DNA of 64,000 nt from Alphaproteobacteria bacterium (GTDB taxonomy: Bacteria; Pseudomonadota; Alphaproteobacteria; Rhodospirillales; WMHbin7): the NCBI GenBank assembly GCA_015232335.1, contig JADFZV010000014.1, forward strand, positions 253 through 64,252, given 5' to 3'. The translations under genes were made by a program, and so were the position numbers. Position 1 is the stretch's first letter; each line of letters opens with the position of its first letter. Under the pieces are notes generated by a model. That model saw nothing but the letters and a program-made list of their open reading frames with translations. It did no database searches and had not been told where the DNA came from. Of the stretch, positions 1 through 9,093 are shown one piece after another.

Positions 1-501
1 TGTGCGACGGAGTTGCAAATTTGAGCAGTGGCAACCTAGCCTGCATGTTCGGTCAGCTTTCCATATCTAGCGTTTTTGCTATAGCCCCTAATGTAAGGGA
101 AGGCTCTACTATGCTTACTATTCCAAACTTTTTCGGCTGGGCACTCAGCAAGGCGGGGACGAGTTCGTCAGAACACAAGGGCTCTGAGCTAAGAGAATGA
201 GCATGCGTCGGCTACTGGCATTGGGTCAAAGCTCTTTCGCCCTTGATATAGAGACCTGCCAATGCCACTGACAACACAAGACAACCCGCTCTTCCAAGCG
301 CAAGGGGTTGATGTGTCAAATCTGTTGAGTTTGCTGGAAAATGGCCTACCCTAGTCCTTATAGTAGAGGGGGGTAGACCTGTACGCTAATTTCCAAAATA
401 TCCCCATAAATGCGTTTCACGCCTTTTAGTGAGTGTTGCAGATGTCGCTAACTTTTTCACGGTTTGCTTCTAACGAGTCCGTTAACGGCAATCTATTCCA
501 G

Positions 502-1497
502 ATGTTTGAGGGTGCCAGCGTTCTGGTGACCGGAGCCACCGGGTCTTTCGGTCGAGCTTTTATCGCCAGGCTGCTGCAAGACTACAAGCCGGCGCGGCTC
601 GTTGTTTTCTCGCGCGACGAACTGAAGCAGCATGAAATGCAGGTCAGCCGCGTTTTCTTAAACCGCCCGGAGATTCGCTATTTTATCGGCGACGTCCGCG
701 ATGTTGGCAGATTACGCATGGCCATGCGAGGCGTTGATTACGTTGTACATGCCGCCGCCTTGAAGCAGATAACAACGGCCGAGTATAATCCTCTCGAATG
801 CGTCCATACCAACATTATGGGGGCAGAAAACGTTGTGACGGCAGCCATTGACTGTGGCATAAAGCGAGTAATTGCGCTTTCGACCGATAAAGCCGTAAAT
901 CCAGTCAGCCTCTACGGGGCGACTAAGTTGGCCTCGGATAAAATTTTCATCGCAGCCAATAATATTGCAGGTCCCACAAGAACTCGTTTCTCCGTGGTCC
1001 GCTACGGCAATGTCGCAGGCTCGCGAGGCAGCGTCGTCCCCCTATTCCGCCGCATGATTGCAGAGGGAGCGTCTGAGCTGCCTATCACCGACGAGAGAAT
1101 GACACGCTTTTGGATTACATTGGACGAAGGCGTGGACTTTGTTCTTTCCTGTTTTCATTTGATGCATGGTGGCGAGATATTCGTTCCTAAAATTCCAAGC
1201 CTGAGCGTTGTTGATCTCGCTAAGATTATGGCCCCCGAACTGCCGCACCGAATTGTTGGCATTCGCCCCGGTGAGAAGCTTCACGAAGTCATGATTACCG
1301 AGGAGGATTCGCCGGTAACCTTTGATTTGGGAGATCGGTATGTCATCGAGCCCACGATCAACTTCTGGAATCGGCCCAGTTTTGCCGAGTCAAATTACCC
1401 CTTGGTTTCGCCGGATTTCAGATATGCCAGCAACATGAATACACAGTGGCTGGATGAGAAGGCGACTCGCGACATTATTTCCGCCTGTGCTGACTGA
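502..1497 (+). CDS. pseB: UDP-N-acetylglucosamine 4,6-dehydratase (inverting), PseB
   Basis: GATGSFG Rossmann motif, FSRDELKQ, VHAAALKQ, ALSTDKAVNPVSLYGATK (YxxxK), RYGNVAGSRGSVVP, TRFWITL, GIRPGEKLHE. ORF track starts at GTG 433; ATG 502 (MFEGASVLVTG) fits the family N-terminus better. Confidence 0.93.
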   Translation: MFEGASVLVTGATGSFGRAFIARLLQDYKPARLVVFSRDELKQHEMQVSRVFLNRPEIRYFIGDVRDVGRLRMAMRGVDYVVHAAALKQITTAEYNPLECVHTNIMGAENVVTAAIDCGIKRVIALSTDKAVNPVSLYGATKLASDKIFIAANNIAGPTRTRFSVVRYGNVAGSRGSVVPLFRRMIAEGASELPITDERMTRFWITLDEGVDFVLSCFHLMHGGEIFVPKIPSLSVVDLAKIMAPELPHRIVGIRPGEKLHEVMITEEDSPVTFDLGDRYVIEPTINFWNRPSFAESNYPLVSPDFRYASNMNTQWLDEKATRDIISACAD

Positions 1498-1505
1498 AAC
1501 TTGCA

Positions 1506-2720
1506 ATGACCCATTCAAGTGATGACCGATTTCTACCCTATGCCCGCCAAGACCTGGACGCCTCTGATATTGCTGCGGTTGTTGATGTTCTTAACTCGGA
1601 TTGGCTTACTCAAGGCCCAAAAGTCCCCGAGTTCGAGTGTGCCATCGCCGAACGCGTCGGCTCAAATTTCGGCGTGGCGATGTCATCTGGTACTGCCGCG
1701 CTTCACGCCGCTTGCATAACAGCTGGGCTAGGGCCAGATGATGAGATAATCACCTCGCCCATTACATTTGCAGCAAGCGGTAATTGCGCCTTGTATGCAG
1801 GGGCGAATGTTCGTTTTGCCGATATCCGACAAGACACCTACTGTATCGACCCGCAGAAGATTATTGACGCGATTACCCCCCGAACCAAAGTCATTATTCC
1901 TGTCGACTTTACAGGCCAGCCTTGCGATCTTGATGAAATCTCTGGCATTGCCAGAAGGAGTGGGCTTGTCGTTATTGAAGACGCGGCTCACGCGCTGGGG
2001 GCAACCTATCGCGATCGCAGCGTCGGATCTCTTGCTGACATGACCGTTTTCTCCTTTCACCCTGTCAAGCATGTCGCAGCGGGTGAGGGCGGCCTTGTTG
2101 CAACGAATGACGGTGCCTTTGATGCTGCTCTTCGACTGTTTCGCTCTCACGGTATTTCCAACGCAGAAAACTCGATGACCCTGCCTGATCAGGCGGCAGA
2201 TAACGAGGGCATTCCAGCAGAGCGCGCTAATCCACCGGGAAAGGCCGGGTGGTATTATGAAATGCTCACTTTAGGCTATAATTACCGAATTACAGACATG
2301 CAGTGCGCTCTTGGCCTCTCGCAGCTAGCGCGGCTTGACTCCTTTATCGAGCGTCGCCGAAGAATTGCCCAACGCTATACAGAGGCATTTTCCCAATCGC
2401 AGCTACTGTCTGTACCAACGCAGCTTTCAGACCGTCAGAGCGCCTGGCATTTGTACGTTCTTTCCCTTCGGCTGAAGAAGATGGAGAAAACAAGGCGGCG
2501 CGTATTTGATGAGCTGAGGGCAATGGGAATTGGCGTTCACGTACACTACATTCCGCTTCACCTCCAGCCATACTACCGTAAACGTTTTGGCTACAAGCGC
2601 GGAGACTTTCCTGTTGCCGAGGCCTATTATGACAGCGCCTTGACCATTCCCCTTTTTCCAGCGATGTCAGATATCGACGTCGAAAGGGTTATCAAATCTG
2701 TTCTTCAGGTTGTTCAGTAA
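1506..2720 (+). CDS. pseC: PLP-dependent sugar aminotransferase, PseC (DegT/DnrJ family)
   Basis: LPYARQ, SDWLTQGPKV, SSGTAALH, IIPVDFTGQP, IEDAAHALGA, FSFHPVKH (PLP lysine), GEGG, GYNYRITD, VHYIPLHLQPYY; directly follows pseB. Confidence 0.9.
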   Translation: MTHSSDDRFLPYARQDLDASDIAAVVDVLNSDWLTQGPKVPEFECAIAERVGSNFGVAMSSGTAALHAACITAGLGPDDEIITSPITFAASGNCALYAGANVRFADIRQDTYCIDPQKIIDAITPRTKVIIPVDFTGQPCDLDEISGIARRSGLVVIEDAAHALGATYRDRSVGSLADMTVFSFHPVKHVAAGEGGLVATNDGAFDAALRLFRSHGISNAENSMTLPDQAADNEGIPAERANPPGKAGWYYEMLTLGYNYRITDMQCALGLSQLARLDSFIERRRRIAQRYTEAFSQSQLLSVPTQLSDRQSAWHLYVLSLRLKKMEKTRRRVFDELRAMGIGVHVHYIPLHLQPYYRKRFGYKRGDFPVAEAYYDSALTIPLFPAMSDIDVERVIKSVLQVVQ

Positions 2721-2724
2721 TCAT

Positions 2725-4443
2725 ATGACTGCGAATTCACTCGGGAAAAACGCACCCCCTCGCTTTTACCAGCGCTTCATTGGCGGTGTCGTTCAGAATC
2801 ATGACTGGCCGCGCATAACCACGCAACTTAGTGGGGCACAGTTTCAGCCGCGCGACGCTGGGCTTAATTTCCTGATTATCAACGCCCCCATCCGTGAATG
2901 GTCTCAACCAAATATTCTGCCCTTGGGACAAAGTTTTGTCGGTGCAGTTTCTGTCATGGATGGCCATCGTTTGCATGTGCTGGACCTTAACGCCATGCGA
3001 CAGAGGCCGATCAGAGACAATCCCCAGGCCTTTACAAGCTGGGTGCTTGAGAAGCTAACAGAATGTTTGTCTTCCTTTAGGCCAGACGTTATTGGCATCG
3101 GCGGCATTATCACACAGTATGCCCGCATCAAGCGCATGACCGAGCAGTGCAAGCGAATTCACCCGGATATTCCGATTATTTTAGGTGGCGGCATTGCAAC
3201 CTGTATGCCGGAGTTTATGCTTCGGCGCCTGGACATCGATATCGTCGTGCGCGAGGAAGGTGAGCTGACGATATCAGAATTGCTGGAGAGAATTGAATTG
3301 GCCCAGCCGCTTGACGGCATCAAAGGCACACTTTTCAAACGCTACAACGGAGACGGATCTTTCGACATCGTAGACAACGGCATCCGCCCACAAATTGGAG
3401 GTCGCGAGCTAGGGTTAGACGCCTTACCCTGGCCCTTGCGCTCGCGTTGGCCTGAGGAAGATGTTTACAAGCATAATCCGATTGGACATCTGAACTGGCA
3501 GAATAAGTGGAAGGACGGTGCCGCCACTGATGCAGGATCCTATTCCCTGGCCATGCTCGGCTCGCGCGGTTGTCCCTATGCGGTTAATGCCTGTGATTAT
3601 TGCTATACGACCTATCTTGGCCCCAAGTACCGGCTCAGAAGCCCTCGCGAGGTGGTCAACGAGATGGAGGCTCTGAAGAGTGAGTACGGCGTGAACTATC
3701 TGCACTTTCTCGACGATCTGCTGATTGCCAACCCTAAATGGGCCTACGAACTTTTCGACGAGCTGAAATTGCGCAGGCGCCAGACTGGTTTCAAGATTGA
3801 GTGGGGTGGAACCTGCCGGACGAATATAATCGCCGCTGAGGTATTGAAGGCCAGAAAGAGTGGCGCCCCATCCATTCTTGAACGCGCCTATGAGGTCGGC
3901 ATGCGCCAAGCTGGCTATGGCGTGGAAACAGGCAGTCCCACCATATTAAAGTCTATAGACAAATCGGGACAGACTGTCGATGCAATCCGTGTCGCCATAG
4001 GCGAAACCATTCGTGTGTTTGGCTATGCTGATTGCTCCTTTATGATTGGATCGCCTGGAGAGACCCGGGAGACTGTTCGGGAGACAGTAGAGTTATGTAA
4101 GGAAATTGGCCTTGCCCCTGAGGTTTTTTTCTTCACAACGGCCTATCCCGGCACCACCTTCTGGCAGCTCGCTCTCAAGAAGGGATTGGTGGCAAAAGCC
4201 GTTACCGGAAAGCCAGGCCCTGCTGACGAAGACATGATCGAGGAGTATTGCATGCGTCTTGGCGAGCAGGGTGATGCCGTAAGAACCAACTTCAGTGACT
4301 TGCCAGACGAGGAAATTGTCGAACTCTCCTGGTGGGCTGTGAAGGAGCTTGGGGCACAGAACGTTTACAGGCATCCCCATACGGGCGATATCGAGCCCGA
4401 GAGATCCCCTCTTGTCAGGGGAGCCAACGATGCCTCTTTATGA
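2725..4443 (+). CDS. Cobalamin-dependent (class B) radical SAM protein with non-canonical Cys spacing
   Basis: N-terminal B12-binding-like domain (PDVIGIGGII, PIILGGGIAT, VVREEGE); SRGCPYAVNACDYC; HFLDD, GYGVETGS, FMIGSPGET, AYPGT. Confidence 0.85.
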   Translation: MTANSLGKNAPPRFYQRFIGGVVQNHDWPRITTQLSGAQFQPRDAGLNFLIINAPIREWSQPNILPLGQSFVGAVSVMDGHRLHVLDLNAMRQRPIRDNPQAFTSWVLEKLTECLSSFRPDVIGIGGIITQYARIKRMTEQCKRIHPDIPIILGGGIATCMPEFMLRRLDIDIVVREEGELTISELLERIELAQPLDGIKGTLFKRYNGDGSFDIVDNGIRPQIGGRELGLDALPWPLRSRWPEEDVYKHNPIGHLNWQNKWKDGAATDAGSYSLAMLGSRGCPYAVNACDYCYTTYLGPKYRLRSPREVVNEMEALKSEYGVNYLHFLDDLLIANPKWAYELFDELKLRRRQTGFKIEWGGTCRTNIIAAEVLKARKSGAPSILERAYEVGMRQAGYGVETGSPTILKSIDKSGQTVDAIRVAIGETIRVFGYADCSFMIGSPGETRETVRETVELCKEIGLAPEVFFFTTAYPGTTFWQLALKKGLVAKAVTGKPGPADEDMIEEYCMRLGEQGDAVRTNFSDLPDEEIVELSWWAVKELGAQNVYRHPHTGDIEPERSPLVRGANDASL

Positions 4444-5164
4444 CAAGTCTGGCCAGAGACGAAGTGTTGTTGGCCTTATTCCCGCAAGGGGAGGCAGCAA
4501 GGGCCTTCCCCGCAAGAATGTGCTCCCAATTGCTGGAAAGCCTTTGATTGGTTATGTAATCGAAGCTGCACAGGCCTCGCGACTGCTGGATCTTGTCGTT
4601 GTCTCAACCGACGATGAGGAAATTGCAAAGGTCGCTCGCAGTTTTGGGGTGCGTGTCATCGATCGCCCAGCTGAGTTTGCAACCGACACCGCCCCAATTG
4701 ATTTGGCATTACGGCATGTCGTGAGTGTTCTCGAGCGCGAAGGTCATGCCGTCGATGTTGTGGTCTGGCTGCAAGCAAATGTGCCAACAACATCCCCCGA
4801 GGTCATCGATCAGGCCGTCAGCCTTATGCTAGAGGAGGATTGTGACAGCGTACAGACTGTTGTTCCATTTCAAATCCCTCCGCAATGGGCTTGGCGCCTT
4901 GACGGCAATCGACTCTTGCCACTTGAAGGTTGCTACAAATATACGGTTCGCAGACAAGATGCTGTTGAGGCGTACCATCTTGATGGAGCAATCAACGTTT
5001 TGAAGCGCACAATTCTGATGAATACGGAGGGTCAGCAAGGCCAGGCATACTTCGGAACTGATCGCCGCGCGCTTGTCCAGAGTCCTCACTCGAATATCGA
5101 AGTTGACGGACAAGTGGACTATGACTATGCCTGTTATTTATTTGAGCGTCGACAATTCAAGTGA
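4430..5164 (+). CDS. pseF: Acylneuraminate cytidylyltransferase (CMP-pseudaminic acid synthetase, PseF/NeuA family)
   Basis: GLIPARGGSKGLPRKNVLPIAGKPLI, VVVSTDDEEIA, RPAEFATD, RRQD, IEVDGQVD; sits inside the pse operon; ATG 4430 overlaps the end of the upstream gene. Confidence 0.85.
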   Translation: MPLYDKSGQRRSVVGLIPARGGSKGLPRKNVLPIAGKPLIGYVIEAAQASRLLDLVVVSTDDEEIAKVARSFGVRVIDRPAEFATDTAPIDLALRHVVSVLEREGHAVDVVVWLQANVPTTSPEVIDQAVSLMLEEDCDSVQTVVPFQIPPQWAWRLDGNRLLPLEGCYKYTVRRQDAVEAYHLDGAINVLKRTILMNTEGQQGQAYFGTDRRALVQSPHSNIEVDGQVDYDYACYLFERRQFK

Positions 5165-6672
5165 CTACAAATGCTTCCAGGCATTGCGTAATCCGGGCTG
5201 ATGCATCGGCGCAGCTCGGTGGCGGGCACATCCTGCGCTGCCTGGTGCTTGCAGACGCACTGACCTCTTATGGCTGGAAGTGCTCCTTTGCCACCAGAGA
5301 GACGTCGCTAGGTGCTGTGAGGCGGCTTCAATATTCTGGGCACGAGATCGTAATCCTTCGAAGTGACGAGCAGCATGAGGCCGACGAGATTCTGGCGGCG
5401 TTCTTGCAAGGATGCGATCTTCTGATTGTCGATCATTACCATAGAGGCAAAGCGTTTGAGCAGCAGCTTTGTAAATGGGCACAGAGAATATTTGTTATTG
5501 AAGATTTACTTGACCGCTCTCATCAATGTAATTTTTTGCTTGATCAAACACATTCGGCTCGGCCAGCTGAGATGAGTATTTCTTCTGTAGGCTGCCAACT
5601 TGTCGGTCAGGAATTCGCACTGTTGCGCCGCAGCTTCTCTATTGCCCGTTTGGCCGGCCCCGTCTCAGGGAGAATCTTTCCTCCTCGCAGAATTCTGATC
5701 CAGACCGGACTAAGCGATTTGGCTGGACTGGCAGTTCCTTTAACTTTAGCCGCAAGAGCCGCCTTTCCTGATGCCTTGCTGGCTGTCGTGCTAGGGTCAA
5801 TGGCCGCTTCGCTGAGTGAGATTCGCCAAATTTCTCAGTGTAGTCCCGGGTCTGTTGCGCTTTATATTGACGAAGAACACATGGACGATCAGATGAGGAA
5901 TGCAGACCTTATGCTGGGCGCCGCCGGAAGCTCTTGCTGGGAGGCTTGCTGTCTGGGATTGCCAATGGCGCTGGTACAGGTTGCCGAGAATCAGCAGCCT
6001 GTCATCGAGCTGCTGACACAAAGAGGTGCGGCTATTTGCTTAGGCACAGCTAGCGATATTTTGTCTTGCCCGGACGACATTATTGGAAAGTTGACTTCGT
6101 TGACAGCAGAGCATCTGATGAATTTCTCGACCCAATCCAGCCGGATCTGCGACGGACTAGGTGTCAACCGCGTTCTATTGACTTTGCTGCCGGAATTGAC
6201 GACGGCTCGCACTGCGATAACGTTGCGACCTGTTCAACCTGGCGATTCAAGTTTGCTTTTTCAATGGCAGGTGGACCCATCGACAAGAAGGTTTTTCAGG
6301 GATCCGTCAGTTCCCACTGCCGAACTGCACGCATCCTGGTTCTCTGACCGCTTGGCATCGGACAAGGGGCCGTTTTGTCTTATTATGCACTTAGACCAGC
6401 CTGTTGGGGTCATCCGGCTTGATAGACTTGATAGCGCAAGACGAGATAAATTTGTCCCTGCCTTTGAAGTGTCTCTTATCATTTCTCCCGAGGAGCGCGG
6501 AAAGGGTATTGGATCCGCCGCCTTGCGTGCCGCTTGTCGGCTGGTTGATGGTGTCGATGTTGTGGCTCATATCTTCAGCCAGAATGAGCCCTCAATTGCC
6601 GCATTTGCCAGTGCCGGATTCTTGCCCGATGGCAGCGACTGGTTTCGACTAAAGGCGCGTGATCATGGTTAG
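5161..6672 (+). CDS. pseG: PseG hydrolase fused to a C-terminal GNAT acetyltransferase (PseH-like)
   Basis: IRADASAQLGGGHILRCLVLA, LLIVDHY, AAGSSCWEACCLGLP, VAENQ in the first ~340 aa; then TLRPV...GVIRLD...SLIISPEERGKGIGSAAL...NEPSIAAFASAGF (GNAT fold). Confidence 0.85.
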   Translation: MTTNASRHCVIRADASAQLGGGHILRCLVLADALTSYGWKCSFATRETSLGAVRRLQYSGHEIVILRSDEQHEADEILAAFLQGCDLLIVDHYHRGKAFEQQLCKWAQRIFVIEDLLDRSHQCNFLLDQTHSARPAEMSISSVGCQLVGQEFALLRRSFSIARLAGPVSGRIFPPRRILIQTGLSDLAGLAVPLTLAARAAFPDALLAVVLGSMAASLSEIRQISQCSPGSVALYIDEEHMDDQMRNADLMLGAAGSSCWEACCLGLPMALVQVAENQQPVIELLTQRGAAICLGTASDILSCPDDIIGKLTSLTAEHLMNFSTQSSRICDGLGVNRVLLTLLPELTTARTAITLRPVQPGDSSLLFQWQVDPSTRRFFRDPSVPTAELHASWFSDRLASDKGPFCLIMHLDQPVGVIRLDRLDSARRDKFVPAFEVSLIISPEERGKGIGSAALRAACRLVDGVDVVAHIFSQNEPSIAAFASAGFLPDGSDWFRLKARDHG

Positions 6673-7345
6673 AGCAGTAGTGGCAACGATAAAGCCCTGG
6701 AATGTCGACATCTACAAGAAGAGCGTTTCACGTTTTCCTGGCGATTGGCGCCTTGTCCAAAGCCCGGAAGAGCTGACTGCCGACTTTATTGACAGCTTCA
6801 GGCCGGATTATGTCTTTTTTCCCCACTGGTCTTTGCGTGTGCCGGATTGGCTGCTTGGGCAGACGCAGTGTGTATGCTTCCATATGACTGACGTTCCCTT
6901 TGGCCGCGGTGGATCACCATTACAGAATTTGATTGTGCGGGGTGTTTCAACAACCATCGTCAGCGCCTTAAAGATGGTTCCTCAAATGGATGCAGGTCCT
7001 GTCTATCTCAAGCGGCCTCTGCCGTTGGAGGGAAGAGCCCAGGACATATATGAGAGGTGCGGTCTATTGGTCTTCGACATGATCGAGGAAATCGTCCGCA
7101 CCAAACCGGTGCCTGTCGAGCAGACAGGCCCCATTACCGTCTTTAGTCGACGCACACCTGATGAGAGCCTCTTGCCGACCGATGGGAATCAGAAATCTCT
7201 TTACGATCACATTCGAATGTTAGACGCTGATACTTATCCGCCCGCTTTTCTGGAATGGGGGAATCTCCGGCTGGAGTTCACGCACGCACAGCCAGAACGC
7301 GACGGAGTAGCTGCCCGGGTGTTCATCAGAAGAAGAGAGACCTAA
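6665..7345 (+). CDS. Formyltransferase-family protein (methionyl-tRNA formyltransferase-like)
   Basis: PDYVFFPHWS, CVCFHMTDVPFGRGGSPLQNLI, MDAGPVYLK, YDHIRMLDADTYPPAFLE. Confidence 0.75.
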   Translation: MVRAVVATIKPWNVDIYKKSVSRFPGDWRLVQSPEELTADFIDSFRPDYVFFPHWSLRVPDWLLGQTQCVCFHMTDVPFGRGGSPLQNLIVRGVSTTIVSALKMVPQMDAGPVYLKRPLPLEGRAQDIYERCGLLVFDMIEEIVRTKPVPVEQTGPITVFSRRTPDESLLPTDGNQKSLYDHIRMLDADTYPPAFLEWGNLRLEFTHAQPERDGVAARVFIRRRET

Positions 7346-7348
7346 CGA

Positions 7349-8044
7349 ATGGTAGGGACAGTTCTTGTTGTTGCGGCCCACCCCGATGATGAAATGCTTG
7401 GATGCGCGGGCACACTTGCTCGTCACATTGCAGCTGGCGCTCAAGTGAACTTGCTTTTTCTTGCGGAGGGAGGAGACAGCGCCCGCCTAGATAAAACCGA
7501 CAGCCAAGGCCGCGCGAAGAGCATTGCGTCAATTACCCTGGCAGCTCAGAGGGCGGCCGCGCTTCTTAATGCAAGCCCCCCACAGTTTCTCTCTTTACCT
7601 GACAACCGCATGGATGAGTTGCCGTTGTTGGAAGTTGTTAAATCGCTTGAAAGCGCGATTTCATCGATCAACCCTTCGATTATTTACACGCACCATGCTC
7701 ATGATCTGAACATTGATCATCGCATTACCCATCAGGCTGTGCTTACCGCCTGTCGTCCTACTCCATGCTCTAATGTCGAAGCCATTTATGCCTTTGAGGT
7801 TTTGTCCAGCACGGGCTGGGCATCACCCACCCCCGCAGAGGCATTCCTGCCCAATAGATTTGTTGATATATCGCCGTATCTTGAGAAGAAGAAGGAACTT
7901 CTGGGCTGCTATGCCGATGAGATGAGAGCATTTCCGCACGCCAGATCCCTAGAGGCCATTGATGCCCTAGCCCACCTGAGAGGTGCACAGGCTGGATTTT
8001 CAGCGGCGGAAGCCTTTATGATCGTCCGGGAGCGGGTGTGGTGA
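7349..8044 (+). CDS. PIG-L/LmbE family N-deacetylase
   Basis: VVAAHPDDEMLGCAGTLARH, LPDNRMD, IYTHHAHDLNIDHRIT, FLPNRFVDIS, EAFM. Confidence 0.9.
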   Translation: MVGTVLVVAAHPDDEMLGCAGTLARHIAAGAQVNLLFLAEGGDSARLDKTDSQGRAKSIASITLAAQRAAALLNASPPQFLSLPDNRMDELPLLEVVKSLESAISSINPSIIYTHHAHDLNIDHRITHQAVLTACRPTPCSNVEAIYAFEVLSSTGWASPTPAEAFLPNRFVDISPYLEKKKELLGCYADEMRAFPHARSLEAIDALAHLRGAQAGFSAAEAFMIVRERVW

Positions 8045-9093
8045 CAATTGGAGGCATCACGATTGACGGGCGTTCCCTAAGTTCTGAGCTTCCCCCTTAT
8101 ATTGTTGCCGAGTTGTGCGCCAATCATAACGGCAGCCTGGAGCGTGCCCTCTCTATCATTGAAGCGGCCAAGGCAGCCGGTGCCGATGCTGTCAAGCTGC
8201 AGACATACACGCCCGATACGATGACAATTGATAGCAGCAACCCCGAGTTCCTTTTAAAGGGTGGGCTCTGGGACGGCTATCGCCTGTATGAGCTTTATCA
8301 AAAGGCTTATACCCCCTGGGAATGGCATGAGGCGCTTTTCGCCAAAGGCAGGGAAGTTGGCATTACCGTTTTCAGTACCCCCTTTGACGAGACAGCAGTC
8401 GATTTTCTCGAGCAATTCAGCCCTCCCGCCTACAAAATCGCCTCGTTTGAGTTGATTGATATTCCCCTTATCCAGAAGGCCGCCTCGACGGGCAAGCCTA
8501 TCATTCTTTCCACCGGAAACGGATCGGAGCTTGAAATATTATCCGCGCTAGATGCCTGTCGTGGCAGCGGCGCCCCCGATGTTATTCTGCTTCACTGCGT
8601 CAGCGCCTATCCTGCACCTGCGGAGGAAAGCAATCTTCGTGCAATTTTTTATCTTCGCGAACGTTTCGGAACGCAGATCGGCCTATCGGACCATACGCTG
8701 GGAACCGCTGTCTCCATTGCAGCAACGGCGCTTGGTGTCTGCATGATTGAGAAACACTTTACACTCGACAAGGCACAGGAAGATATTGACGGACCCTTCT
8801 CAATCGAGCCTCATGAATTGAGCCGCTTGGTTCAAGACACGAAAATTGCCTGGAGTTGCCTGGGAAGCGGCCGCCTCGATCGTGCTCCTTCTGAAGGAGC
8901 AATGAAGCAATTCAGGCGTTCCTTGTACACAGTTGCCGATATTGCAGAAGGTGAAGTCTTTTCTCGCGACAACATTCGGTCAATAAGACCGGGGAATGGA
9001 CTTTCTCCTGCCCATTTACCAGAGATTATTGGCCGAAGGGCAAAGAAGAGCATTATGCGCGGCACGCCACTCGCCTGGGAACTTGTGCTTTGA
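8038..9093 (+). CDS. pseI: Pseudaminic acid synthase PseI with C-terminal SAF/antifreeze-like domain
   Basis: IVAELCANHNGSLERA, VKLQTYTPDTMTIDS, YKIASFE, LLHCVSAYPAP, GLSDHTLG, IEKHFTLDK, FRRSLY, IRSIRPGNGL. Confidence 0.92.
   Translation: MVTIGGITIDGRSLSSELPPYIVAELCANHNGSLERALSIIEAAKAAGADAVKLQTYTPDTMTIDSSNPEFLLKGGLWDGYRLYELYQKAYTPWEWHEALFAKGREVGITVFSTPFDETAVDFLEQFSPPAYKIASFELIDIPLIQKAASTGKPIILSTGNGSELEILSALDACRGSGAPDVILLHCVSAYPAPAEESNLRAIFYLRERFGTQIGLSDHTLGTAVSIAATALGVCMIEKHFTLDKAQEDIDGPFSIEPHELSRLVQDTKIAWSCLGSGRLDRAPSEGAMKQFRRSLYTVADIAEGEVFSRDNIRSIRPGNGLSPAHLPEIIGRRAKKSIMRGTPLAWELVL

Noticed and set aside
111-200. 29-codon upstream ORF (MLTIPNFFGWALSKAG...) with a purine-rich upstream sequence
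   Set aside because: No homology clue or attenuator structure; this size is expected by chance.
84-270. Fragments resembling cobalamin riboswitch motifs upstream of pseB (GCCCC..TGTAA, GGGAAG 97-102, GAGACCTGCC 251-260, GCCACTG 264-270)
   Set aside because: Motif order is wrong (GCCACTG should precede GGGAAG and the final GAGACCTGCC), AGCCAG and CCCGCAACTGT are missing, and I could not build the core stems. An Infernal search against the cobalamin Rfam models would settle it.
2185-2250. Roughly 15-20 extra residues in PseC (DQAADNEGIPAERANPPG) before GWYYEM
   Set aside because: Falls in a loop that is variable in this family; no repeat, intein or mobile-element signature.
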